DNA from: Terriglobia bacterium
Lineage (GTDB): Bacteria; Acidobacteriota; Terriglobia; 20CM-2-55-15
DNA: 64,000 bases
Assembly (NCBI GenBank): GCA_965247425.1
Contig: OZ252023.1
Coordinates: forward strand, 348,891-412,890
Direction of reading: 5' to 3'
The position numbers were made by a program, and so were the translations under genes. Numbering within the stretch: position 1 is the first letter of the stretch; every line of letters begins with the position of its first letter. Shown here in pieces: positions 28,180-37,378 of the stretch. The notes below the pieces were generated by a model that was given only the letters and a program-made list of their open reading frames with translations, did not search any database and was not told the origin of the DNA.

Positions 28180-28909
28180 TCAGGCCAAGCGCAGTCATGC
28201 CCAGCAGGTAGCCAACGTGGATGAGCCATGCCGGCGACTCGATCGTGTTCAAGGTCAGACCTCGCACCAGCTCTACACCGTGGAACAACGGCGTGAACCA
28301 GGCGAACTTCCCAAGCACCTCGGGCAACCGCGTGACGGGAAAGAAGACGCCGGAGAACAGGAAGAGCGGCGTGATAACGAAGCGGAACATCCCGTTGAAA
28401 CCCGAGGGGCTCCTGTTCCACGCCGCGTAGCCGATGATCGGTGCGCTGACGGCCAGACCCGTGAGCACCGCCGCGGGGATTGCGAGCAGCACGAGGGGGG
28501 AGCGGGGAATGCCGATGACGGCCAGCACGGCTGTGAACGCGATCGCTACCATGGAGAGGCGTACGGCGATCCACCCCAGTTCGCCCAGGACCAGGTCCAC
28601 GATCCGCATCGGTGTGGCGCTGATCGCTTCGTAGTTGCGGTGCCAGCTCATCTTGCCGGTTATCGGGAAGCTGGATTCGAAGCTGGCCGTCTGCATGCAG
28701 ACAGAGGCCAGCAGCCCCGGTCCCAGGAAGTGCAGGAAGGGCACCCCGCCGAGCATCGAGGTGTCGCCCCCGTCGACCAGGGTTCCGACGCCGACACCCA
28801 TGGCAAACAGGAAGAGGGACGGCTGGAGGAAGCTGAAAAAAATCGAACCGCGCCAGACGCGTCGATAGACGAGCGCGTTGCGTTGAACTATCCGGAATGC
28901 GCCGATCAT
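28139..28909 (-). CDS. ABC-2 type transporter permease
   Basis: 256 aa. MIGAFRIVQRNALVYRRVW... Paralogous to the downstream permease. Confidence 0.8.
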   Translation of the reverse strand: MIGAFRIVQRNALVYRRVWRGSIFFSFLQPSLFLFAMGVGVGTLVDGGDTSMLGGVPFLHFLGPGLLASVCMQTASFESSFPITGKMSWHRNYEAISATPMRIVDLVLGELGWIAVRLSMVAIAFTAVLAVIGIPRSPLVLLAIPAAVLTGLAVSAPIIGYAAWNRSPSGFNGMFRFVITPLFLFSGVFFPVTRLPEVLGKFAWFTPLFHGVELVRGLTLNTIESPAWLIHVGYLLGMTALGLIGSLVAFRRKLEP

Positions 28910-28924
28910 GTGCGGTCCCTCATC

Positions 28925-29860
28925 TCACTCGAAGAGAGTCCGGCCCGTCAACCGCAAAAACACGTCTTCCATCGTGGATCGGCGCACGAGCGCGCTGTGG
29001 AGTGGAATGTTGTGCGAGTGGACACGTTGGAGCGCATGTTCGCCGTCGGTCGTGTAAACCAGTGTCCGATCGGCAAGCACCTCGATCCGTTCGGCCAGAC
29101 GGCCCAGTTGGCCGTCGATGCCCACGGGTATGCCGTCTGGGAAGCGCAGCTCCAACACTTCCTTGGTTGAATAGCGCTCGATGAGCTCACGCGGCGAGCC
29201 TTCGGCCACGATCTTCGCCTTGTCCATCACCACCAGTCGATCGCATAGCTGTTCGGCCTCGTCCATGTAGTGTGTCGTCAGCAACAGCGTGGATCCGCTC
29301 CGCTTGAGCTGATACAGGCGTTCCCAGATGACGTGGCGAGCCTGCGGGTCGAGACCCGTGGTCGGTTCGTCGAGGAGGACTATTTGCGGATCGTTGATCA
29401 ATGCCCGGGCAATGGTCAGGCGGCGCTTCATGCCCCCCGACAGCGGCTCCACCTGGGAATCGGCTCGTTCGGATAGCTGGACGAACTCGAGTAATTCGTC
29501 GGCCCGGGGGCGGGCGAGGCGACCGGGGATGTCGAAGTAACGCGCATACATCAGGAGGTTTTCCCGGACCGTGATCTCGGTGTCCAGGTTGTCCTGCTGG
29601 GGCACAACCCCCATTCGGGCCTTGATCCGGCTGGCATCGGTGCGTGGATCCATACCCATGACACTGAGCTCCCCCTCCGTCACCGGCGACGCGCAACCGA
29701 CCATACGCATCGTCGAGGTCTTACCGGCGCCATTTGGACCGAGGAATCCGAACGATTCGCCCTTGTGGACGTCGAAATCGATGGCGTCCACCGCAGTCAA
29801 TGCGGAGAACTTCTTCGTCAGATTCCGCGCCCGAACGATGGGTTCAACGGTAGGAGGCAT
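28925..29860 (-). CDS. ABC transporter ATP-binding protein (DrrA/NodI-like)
   Basis: Walker A GPNGAGKTST, signature LSGGMKRRLTIA, Walker B VLLDEPTTGLD. Confidence 0.9.
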   Translation of the reverse strand: MPPTVEPIVRARNLTKKFSALTAVDAIDFDVHKGESFGFLGPNGAGKTSTMRMVGCASPVTEGELSVMGMDPRTDASRIKARMGVVPQQDNLDTEITVRENLLMYARYFDIPGRLARPRADELLEFVQLSERADSQVEPLSGGMKRRLTIARALINDPQIVLLDEPTTGLDPQARHVIWERLYQLKRSGSTLLLTTHYMDEAEQLCDRLVVMDKAKIVAEGSPRELIERYSTKEVLELRFPDGIPVGIDGQLGRLAERIEVLADRTLVYTTDGEHALQRVHSHNIPLHSALVRRSTMEDVFLRLTGRTLFE

Positions 29861-29932
29861 TCTGCGATTCTATGAGGTTGCGAGCGGCAATGTCGAGGTA
29901 CGAAACGGTCGACTGTCAGGCTTGCGGCGCTT

Positions 29933-30580
29933 CTAATTTCTGCGAGCTCGTGCCAGCAGACGTGTCAGCGACTCCACCAGCGTTGGGATCCTGACGTCCA
30001 GACGCACCCCGTCTTCCACTGTGGCCACACGAACCGTGAAATCCAGAGGGAACTGTTCGAGGCCTTCCCGGAACGCGGCCTCAATGGCCTCGGCATCAAC
30101 CTCGGACCACGCGGCATCCGGTCCGATCAATTCGATAACGCCCTCGAAGGCACCATCGGCAGCCAGACCACCGGTCAGGTTGACCCCCTCGACCGCCTGC
30201 CACTCTGGTGGATTCTCGATCGCCTCACCGCCGATCGCCTCCCACAGGCGATAAACCTCGCCGCCCTGGTTGGTCAGCGCAGCGCGAAACGGATCGCCGT
30301 CCCGGGTCCTGGCGAACAGGCGTTCCAGCTCGGTCGGGTCCCGGTCCCGCTTTTCGGCCCGACCTAGCAGGTCCACGGCCCGTTCGGCCATTTCCAGCTC
30401 CGAGGTGACGAACACGGTGCCGTTCTGGCCGAAAAACGATAGATCGTAGTCTTTCCTCTCTATGTCGTACTGGTAGATCTTCTCGTCCTGATACTCGTGG
30501 ACCGTCGACCGATCGGATTCGCCCACAAGGAATCCGGCGATCCAGTCGGCGAACACGATCTGATTGGCTATTCCCTGCAC
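29933..30580 (-). CDS. hypothetical acidic protein upstream of the ABC-2 operon
   Basis: 215-aa ORF with a GTG start, on the same strand as the ABC operon. The frame is open a further ~30 codons upstream without a canonical start. No family recognised. Confidence 0.45.
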   Translation of the reverse strand: MQGIANQIVFADWIAGFLVGESDRSTVHEYQDEKIYQYDIERKDYDLSFFGQNGTVFVTSELEMAERAVDLLGRAEKRDRDPTELERLFARTRDGDPFRAALTNQGGEVYRLWEAIGGEAIENPPEWQAVEGVNLTGGLAADGAFEGVIELIGPDAAWSEVDAEAIEAAFREGLEQFPLDFTVRVATVEDGVRLDVRIPTLVESLTRLLARARRN

Positions 30581-30891
30581 GCTGAGGCCGACCAGGTGCA
30601 GATCGTCGCCTCGCTGTTGCCCGGGGTGCAGCGTCCACGCGGCTACCAGGGGGAAGATTCTTTCGATGTTGTCATGTCTCTAAATCATACGTCAAACCGG
30701 TGGAGGATTCTTCACTCCGATTGAATCCGCGTCGACGGACACGTTGTGAAATACCTGGTCGACGCGATCGGCCTCAACGCCAAGGCGCAAAGGCGGAGAC
30801 ATGCAGAGATCTGATGTCTTTGTTCCCGGCTAAATCTCTCCGACAATTTCCTTCCGATCTTGCGTCTTTGCGCCTCTGCGTCGAATATTTA

Positions 30892-31069
30892 GGGTCCGCT
30901 CAAGAATAACTTCACATTTTGGCATCCCATCTTCGCGCCATCTTCGGCCGCTCCTCAATCACAGATCCTCGAAATAGCTGGGCTATTCCTCCGGTCTGCT
31001 CAATCGGTCGCGACCGAATCTGTCGCAAATCTGGGCGCCAATTCTGTGAAGTTATTCTTGAGCGGACCC
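30892..31069. mobile_element. MITE-like element, family A, compact copy (178 bp, perfect 25-bp TIR, TTA/TA target duplication)
   Basis: GGGTCCGCTCAAGAATAACTTCACA at 30892-30916 is the exact reverse complement of 31045-31069. TTA sits on both sides (30889-30891 and 31070-31072). Confidence 0.8.
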
Positions 31070-31166
31070 TTAGGGCCCGCTCTTTTTCTTTTTGGCACGA
31101 ATTGGAAGTGGTTACTGTTGAGCATCAGTTATAGACTCCCGTGGAAACTTCCGATCAGGAGGCCCC

Positions 31167-32195
31167 ATGAAATCAGTCACCGTGTGCATGCTCCTTCTGT
31201 TGTCTGCCATCCCGTCGGTCGCTCAGGACCGAGAACAGCCCTACGATCTCGGTGGTGCCGAAACCTGGTTTGCCACGTTTTCGATCGTTGCCTTCGATCC
31301 GGAAACCGACGACCTCGGCGTCGCCGTTGCGTCCCGCCCCGTGGGTGCCGGTGCCGCCGTCCTATGGGCCGAAGCGGGTATCGGAGCGATTGCAACCCAG
31401 GCGGGTGCCAACCGGACCTATGGACCGAAGTCGATCGCGTTGCTCGAGCAGGGACTGACGCCTCGGGAAGTCGTCCAGAAGATCACCGATGACGATCCCG
31501 GTCGGGAGAGGCGTCAGGTTGCCGTAATCGATATCGAGGGACGGACGGGTGCGTTCACCTCGCAGACCATACTGAACCGTGGCGGCGGGAGATATGCCGG
31601 ATCGATCGAAGGGACCAACTATTCGGTCCAGGGCAACACTCTGGCCGGCGCCAGTGTGCTGACCGCCATGGCCGCGGCGTACGAGGCCGGCGAGGGCAAG
31701 CCGATGGAAGAACGCCTGATGGATGCCCTGGACGCGGGAAACGCCGAGGGGGGTGACGCACGGGGCATGGGATCGGCCGGGCTGTTGGTCGTGCGTCCCG
31801 TCCCGCCGGATTCGACATCGATTGGTCGTCGTGTGGACCTGCGTGTGGATCACAGCCTCGACAACCCCTTCGTCGAATTGCGTCGCATCCTGAACCTGCG
31901 CCACCTGTCGCGTCACTATGCCACGCGGGCCACGGAACTAGCGGAGCAGGGTGATCTTAAGGAGGCGCTGGATGCACAAAAGAAAGCCGCAGCGATGAAC
32001 CCGACGAGCGGGCAGCTTCGTTATGGTCTGGCGGAGCGGTATGCACAGTCTGGCGAGCTCCTGAATGCGTTGCTGGCTCTCGGCGCGGCCGTCGAACTGC
32101 AGGAAAATCTTAAGGAACGGGCAGCGACGAACCCGGCTTTCGATTCGATGAAGGAAATGGTGGAGTTCAAGCGGGCGGTCGGGCCGAGGGATTGA
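31167..32195 (+). CDS. DUF1028-family (Ntn-hydrolase-fold) secreted protein with C-terminal TPR-like helices
   Basis: Signal peptide, then ATFSIVAFDPETDDLGVAVASRP...IATQAGANRTYG, which is typical of DUF1028. Confidence 0.78.
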   Translation: MKSVTVCMLLLLSAIPSVAQDREQPYDLGGAETWFATFSIVAFDPETDDLGVAVASRPVGAGAAVLWAEAGIGAIATQAGANRTYGPKSIALLEQGLTPREVVQKITDDDPGRERRQVAVIDIEGRTGAFTSQTILNRGGGRYAGSIEGTNYSVQGNTLAGASVLTAMAAAYEAGEGKPMEERLMDALDAGNAEGGDARGMGSAGLLVVRPVPPDSTSIGRRVDLRVDHSLDNPFVELRRILNLRHLSRHYATRATELAEQGDLKEALDAQKKAAAMNPTSGQLRYGLAERYAQSGELLNALLALGAAVELQENLKERAATNPAFDSMKEMVEFKRAVGPRD

Positions 32196-32248
32196 CGGTT
32201 TGTTGAGTTCGACCGTGTTTCGAGGGTCGGTGTGTCTGTGCCCGACAC

Positions 32249-32896
32249 ATGGGTAACGCCATCGTGACCGGCTTCGATCCGCCGGAATCGATGGCGACAG
32301 ACCAGACGGGAGGAACCGGTTCGTTGTTCGAGCGGTTCGATCCGTCGGGCTACCGCACCCCGTACTCCGACATCGTTGCGTTGCTGGTCTTCAATCATCA
32401 GATGCACATGATGAATCTGCTGACGCGCGTCGGCTGGGAGATAAGGTTCGCTCTTGCCGAGCAGCGGTCGCCGGGCGGAGCCGGCCGCGAGCTGACCGAT
32501 TACCTTCTCGTGGAGACTGCGCGCGAACTGGTCGACTACCTGCTGTTCGTTGACGAATTGCCGTTGCCCGGTCGCGTCGAAGGCACGTCGGGGTTTGCCG
32601 AGAAGTTCGCTGCCGGAGGTCCGGCCGACAGCCGTGGCCGTTCGCTCCGTCAACTCGACCTGGAGCGCAGGCTCATGGCCTACCCCTGCAGCTACATGAT
32701 CTACAGCGACGCGTTCGACGGCCTGCCCGTCCCTGCCAGGGAGGCGATCTATCGACGCCTGTGGCAGGTCCTGTCCGGAGCAGAGCAGGCCGTGAAGTAT
32801 TCTCACCTGTCGATCGATGCCCGGCGTGCCATTGTCGAGATCCTAAGGGAGACGAAGCCGGACCTGCCGGATTACTTTGCCCCTGTCGTTAATTAG
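32249..32896 (+). CDS. hypothetical protein (possibly an N-terminally truncated gene)
   Basis: 215-aa ORF with protein-like composition (NHQMHMMNLLTRVGWE, YPCSYMIYSDAFDGLP). No signal peptide and no assignable family. Confidence 0.45.
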   Translation: MGNAIVTGFDPPESMATDQTGGTGSLFERFDPSGYRTPYSDIVALLVFNHQMHMMNLLTRVGWEIRFALAEQRSPGGAGRELTDYLLVETARELVDYLLFVDELPLPGRVEGTSGFAEKFAAGGPADSRGRSLRQLDLERRLMAYPCSYMIYSDAFDGLPVPAREAIYRRLWQVLSGAEQAVKYSHLSIDARRAIVEILRETKPDLPDYFAPVVN

Positions 32897-33963
32897 GGGG
32901 CATCAAATGGCGCCTGCAGCGTCACGCCCAGAGGGATATTGTCGATGAAGATGCCGTCGATGCCCAGCGACTGCAGGAAGAACCAACTCGGTGCATCGTT
33001 GACGGTAAAGCCCCATACGCTGAAGTCCAGGCCGTGCAGGAGGTTAACCAGCGCCGCGCCGACGACGGGCCCGGCTTGGCCAAGGAAAAGCAGGTCCAGA
33101 ACGACCGCGCGCGCCTCCAGAGCCAGCGCCACACCCCCGAACTGCGGTAACACTGAAGTGTAGCCGGGCAGGCGGAACTCGATGCCATCTGGGTCAACAA
33201 TCTCCGCCCATTGCAAATCAAAGCTTCCCACGCCCTTGATGATGGGGGTGACTGTGAAGTCTAAGGATTCCAACACTGCCTGGGGCAGGAATTGCAGGAT
33301 GGACATGGAGAGGGATCGGGGCAGTTCCGGCGCCACCTGCTGCGCGATGAGCAAGATGGCCGGCGAGAAGGACTCCAGGATGACCTGGTCGTTCATCCTG
33401 GCCTGCCGGACGTCGTGCACCACGGCCTGCACCAGAGGCATCTCGCCCTCGTCGAAGGGATCGCAGAGGGGCGACGGCGCCTTGATCTCAATATCAATCA
33501 GCCCCTGGGGCGTGTCGCCCTGTCGCGTGAAGCTGCGCGCGACGTTGAGCACGTGCCCCAGCCTGGGAATGTTCGGATTGAGCGCGACCAGTTCGTCGTA
33601 GGTCAGGCCATTGATGCAAGTGAAGTCTGACAGGAAGTCGTCGTGAAAGACCACCGCCCGGCCATCGACGGTGACCTGCACGTCCACCTCGACGATGCGG
33701 ATGCCGCTTCGGTACGCCAGACGCACGGACTCCATGGTGTTCTCAATGGGTCGGTTCGGGTCTTCGCCCAGGTTGACGCCGAAGCCGCGGTGGCCTATGG
33801 CGAAGGGCGCCAGGCCCGAGGGCGGGTCCAGCACGTCCTCCAGTTCCGATTGAGCGCTCTGCCCCTGGGCCGCGGCGGGAAGGGGCGGAAGGAGCAGCAG
33901 GGCTGCGGTCAGAAACGCCACTACGACAACCATGGTTCTCAATGCTCTTGTGATGCGAATCAT
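32893..33963 (-). CDS. glycerophosphodiester phosphodiesterase family protein, secreted
   Basis: Start chosen at MIRITRALRTMVVVVAFLTAALLLL (signal). GDPD motifs HRGFG...ENTMESV...VEVDVQVTVDGRAVVFHDD. Confidence 0.85.
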   Translation of the reverse strand: MIRITRALRTMVVVVAFLTAALLLLPPLPAAAQGQSAQSELEDVLDPPSGLAPFAIGHRGFGVNLGEDPNRPIENTMESVRLAYRSGIRIVEVDVQVTVDGRAVVFHDDFLSDFTCINGLTYDELVALNPNIPRLGHVLNVARSFTRQGDTPQGLIDIEIKAPSPLCDPFDEGEMPLVQAVVHDVRQARMNDQVILESFSPAILLIAQQVAPELPRSLSMSILQFLPQAVLESLDFTVTPIIKGVGSFDLQWAEIVDPDGIEFRLPGYTSVLPQFGGVALALEARAVVLDLLFLGQAGPVVGAALVNLLHGLDFSVWGFTVNDAPSWFFLQSLGIDGIFIDNIPLGVTLQAPFDAP

Positions 33964-34221
33964 TATTCCTCTCTCTGCTGTGTGACAGGTGGTTTTACGT
34001 AGTCTCAGTCTTTCTGGATCGTGAACAGGGCCGCCATGAACGCTCGGCATAATACATATTGGTGTGGTTCAGAAGCAAGCGGCGATGTTGACCCTCAGCG
34101 CCGAGGGCAGAGCGGGAGCTCTTCGCGCTCTCACCGTTCGTCGATCATCTGCCGGACCTGAGCTTTTCGATTCGGAACCAATGAGGAGGTAGGGCAGGGG
34201 AAGGCGGTTGAACGGTTGGGC

Positions 34222-36960
34222 TCATCCCTCCCGGAGCGCCTCGGCAGGTTCGACGCCGAGCGCCCTCCGCGCGGGCACGATGCATGCGAGCAAACACACC
34301 ATCATCATGAGCGCCGCATAGGCCACGACCAGCCCGACCTCCCGCCCGGACAGTACCCCGATTACGGCGCGCACCAGCGCGGCTACCAGACCGCCTCCCG
34401 CGATAATGCCGATCGCGACCTCGGCGAGCGGCCGCGAGAAGATCGCCGCGACGATCCGTCTTCGATCGGAGCCCAACGCCACACGAATCCCGATTTCGCG
34501 GGTCCGCCGCGAGACGGTGAACTCCATGACCGCGAAGACACCCGCGAGCGAGAGGAGCAGGGCGATGGCACTCACCAGGACGAGGAGCCAGAACAAGAAG
34601 CCCATCTCCAGCCACAACGTCTCTCCGACTTCGTCGAGAGGCAGGATCGCATGGAGCCGCAGAGTGGGGTCGACCGCCGCGGCGACCTGCCGGAGCCTCG
34701 GTGCGAACGACTCCGGGTCTCCTCCGAGTTGTATGGCCAGGTGGGTTGGGGAGGTGTCGCCGGGTGTCACGGGATAGTAGAGGCCCGCGTCTTCGTCCGG
34801 GTCCCCGTTGACCATGCCCAGATCGGCTACGACGCCGACGATCTCATACCACGGGCCCGGTTCCTCGCCCGCTGGGGCGGCTTCCTCGCCCGCTGGGGCG
34901 GCGTCACGAACTCTCCGTCCGATCGGGTTGCGGCCTCCCAGGATTCGCCCCACGAAGGACTGATTCACGATCACCACGCCCGGGTTGGAGCCCACATCGC
35001 CGGAGTGGAAGCCGCGGACCGAGAGGATCGGCGTATCCAGGACATCGAAGTAGTTCAGATCGATGGAAGCGGCTCCGATTCGGTGAAGAGCCACAGCGTC
35101 CGGCGCCGGATCGGGACCATCCACCTCCATCCATCGCTGAGGGTGATGCGTGCGGGGCAACCGGTCGACGAAGGTCATTCCGGTTACGCCAGGCTCCCCC
35201 GTCAGGCGCCGTTCCAACTCTCGGTACGTCTCTCGGAGGCGCACACGGAACTGTTCGGGGGACGGGTCCCCGGAGGTGCCGAATGGGATCTCCGGTTCCA
35301 TCTCGAGCCGCACCGAAAGGTACTCCTCGGCCTGGAATCCGACATCCAGAGTCTGGACCCGGACCACCTCCCGTCGCGCGAAGAACGCGGTCGCGGGGAA
35401 AGCGACCGTGACCGCCACCTGAGTGATGATTACCGCGGTCCACACGCCGCCGAACCGCAGTCGGTTGCCGCCCCCGGCGGCTGCCTGTCGGAGGCGCGCC
35501 TCGACGCTCTGGCCGGTCACCTTCAGGGCGGGCACGATCCCCGCGATCCCCGCGCCGAGCACCGTGAGCAGGCCCGCGTAGAGTATGGTTGTGGCTGCCA
35601 GGTTGTCGTTGAACCAGAACGGGAGCCGTCCTCCGGACTCAATCCGGAACACACCCAGCCACCACCGCAGTCCGAACCCCGCGGTCGCTAGCCCCGCGAG
35701 TGCGGCCACACACCCGAGCACCAGCGCTTCGGCGAATAGCTGCGTGATGATCCGGCCGCGGCTTGCCCCCAGGGCGGTCCTTACGACGATCTCGCTCTCT
35801 CGGGTTGCGGCACGCGCGAACATCAACAAGGCGACGTTGCCGCAGACCAGGACCAGTAGCATCACCAGGAAGACATTGATCGACATGAACCCCAACGATT
35901 CCCAGCCCGATATGTTCGAGATCGACTGCGCGTACGGCAAGACCTGAGGAACCAGCCGATCTTCGGTGTCCGAAAGGTCCGCTCCGGAGCGCAAGCCGAT
36001 GGAGTTCAATTCCGCCTGCGCCTCGGTAAGCGAGAAGCCGGGAGCGAGACGGCCGAAGACCCGGATCGCAGGGCCCTGGTGCCGTGGGTAGTCCAGGGCG
36101 TTCAGCCGTAGCGGGACCCAGAGGCTGTGCGCCACCGGGAACCGGAAGCCTTCCGGCATGACGCCAATTATCGTGGCCGGGGCGGTACCCAGGCGCACAG
36201 TTCGTCCGACCACCTCTGGAGCTTTCGCGAAACGTGTCTGCCAGACGTCGTGGCCGATGACGACCACCGGCGGTGCCCCGACCCGTTCGTCCGCCTCGAG
36301 CAGGGACCGGCCCAGCAGCGGCGGTACGCGGGCCAGTTGGAACGCAGACGCGCTGATTTCCGCCACCTCGGTTGGCGCGGCTCGCCCGCCATCGATGATC
36401 AGGTTGCGCTCAAGCGTCCGGAAGGCACCGAGGTCTTCGACCGACCGGAGTTCCTCACGCCACGTGACGAAGTCGTCGAACGCCCGTGCTTCCACCCTGT
36501 TCGATGTCGTGTTCCAGAGCCGGAGACCGACGATGCGATGGCCCTCGTCCAACGGTAGTGTGGGGTGGACCACCTGGATCACGAACTCGAAAGCACTCGC
36601 GCCAACGGCGATGGCGAATGCGATCGCGAGGCCACCGACCAGCGTCAGCCCCGGGTACTTGACCAGCATCCGGAAACCCAGCTTGAAATCCAGCCAGGAG
36701 GCCCAGGTGGTCCGACCGCGTCCGGGCGGCTCGGCTTTTGACCAAGCGGGCGGACTGCTCCTCGGTCGCCGGATTCGATCGCGCATCAGTATGGTCGCCA
36801 GATCCAGTGCCTCAAGGCCGGTCAGGAGACCGCCAATCACGCGACCATGTCGCTGGACCCGACTACGGTGTGCTTCCTCCAGGTCCCCGAGGACATCCTC
36901 GGCTCGACCCGGCGGTGATACGTGTCGTAACAATGCCAGGGCCCATCTGGGTGCTGTCAT
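34222..36960 (-). CDS. ADOP-family permease with N-terminal prefix domain (type B)
   Basis: 912 aa. Prefix RAEDVLGDLEEAHRSRVQRHG. Two FtsX-like blocks. C-terminal IVPARRALGVEPAEALREG. Confidence 0.9.
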   Translation of the reverse strand: MTAPRWALALLRHVSPPGRAEDVLGDLEEAHRSRVQRHGRVIGGLLTGLEALDLATILMRDRIRRPRSSPPAWSKAEPPGRGRTTWASWLDFKLGFRMLVKYPGLTLVGGLAIAFAIAVGASAFEFVIQVVHPTLPLDEGHRIVGLRLWNTTSNRVEARAFDDFVTWREELRSVEDLGAFRTLERNLIIDGGRAAPTEVAEISASAFQLARVPPLLGRSLLEADERVGAPPVVVIGHDVWQTRFAKAPEVVGRTVRLGTAPATIIGVMPEGFRFPVAHSLWVPLRLNALDYPRHQGPAIRVFGRLAPGFSLTEAQAELNSIGLRSGADLSDTEDRLVPQVLPYAQSISNISGWESLGFMSINVFLVMLLVLVCGNVALLMFARAATRESEIVVRTALGASRGRIITQLFAEALVLGCVAALAGLATAGFGLRWWLGVFRIESGGRLPFWFNDNLAATTILYAGLLTVLGAGIAGIVPALKVTGQSVEARLRQAAAGGGNRLRFGGVWTAVIITQVAVTVAFPATAFFARREVVRVQTLDVGFQAEEYLSVRLEMEPEIPFGTSGDPSPEQFRVRLRETYRELERRLTGEPGVTGMTFVDRLPRTHHPQRWMEVDGPDPAPDAVALHRIGAASIDLNYFDVLDTPILSVRGFHSGDVGSNPGVVIVNQSFVGRILGGRNPIGRRVRDAAPAGEEAAPAGEEPGPWYEIVGVVADLGMVNGDPDEDAGLYYPVTPGDTSPTHLAIQLGGDPESFAPRLRQVAAAVDPTLRLHAILPLDEVGETLWLEMGFLFWLLVLVSAIALLLSLAGVFAVMEFTVSRRTREIGIRVALGSDRRRIVAAIFSRPLAEVAIGIIAGGGLVAALVRAVIGVLSGREVGLVVAYAALMMMVCLLACIVPARRALGVEPAEALREG
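34861..34902. repeat. perfect in-frame 21-bp tandem duplication inside the ADOP gene
   Basis: ttcctcgcccgctggggcggc occurs twice (34861-34881 and 34882-34902). It encodes the duplicated APAGEEA in ...AAPAGEEAAPAGEEPGPW. Confidence 0.9.
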
Positions 36961-37313
36961 CGGGTCTCCAGGATCATGTCATCGAGTTCTGCGATCATCG
37001 ACAGGATGGCCCCTGTCGTTGCCCGGACGGAGGCGAGACCCTCCGGTTCCACCGTAACGAGCCGTCGCGCCTTGCCTCCCCGCTCCGGTCGCGGATCCCC
37101 CAGGCGCGTCGACACCAGACCCTTGGACTCGAGCCGTTCCAGAGTCGTGTAAACGTTCGCCCGCCTCACCGAACGTCCCGTCCTCTGTTCGATGTCCTCG
37201 ACAATCGAGACGGTGTAGGCTTCAGTCGGCCCCAAACGGAGAGCGGCGAGCACCACGAGGAGCTCGAACTCCGCGAGAGGCTTTGGACGCGGGCCCCCGT
37301 TTATTTTAGTCAT
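36957..37313 (-). CDS. PadR-family transcriptional regulator
   Basis: Winged-helix pattern FELLVVLAALRLGPTEAYTVSIVEDIE...VYTTLERLESKGLVS. Its stop overlaps the permease start (ATGA). Confidence 0.85.
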   Translation of the reverse strand: MTKINGGPRPKPLAEFELLVVLAALRLGPTEAYTVSIVEDIEQRTGRSVRRANVYTTLERLESKGLVSTRLGDPRPERGGKARRLVTVEPEGLASVRATTGAILSMIAELDDMILETR

Positions 37314-37378
37314 GTTGTGACTATACTAACATCTGGTACGGCGCTCGGACAAGAATGGACGCGGTTGTGACGAGTGTC

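Noticed and set aside
34216-35691. 491-aa plus-strand ORF (and similar long ORFs at 37355-38689 +, 60143-61936 -, 18398-19798 +, 49012-50064 +)
   Set aside because: Each is antisense to a gene with clear family motifs (ADOP permeases, penicillin acylase, GlyRS). The translations are Arg/His/Asp/Gly-rich low-complexity sequence with no recognisable domains.
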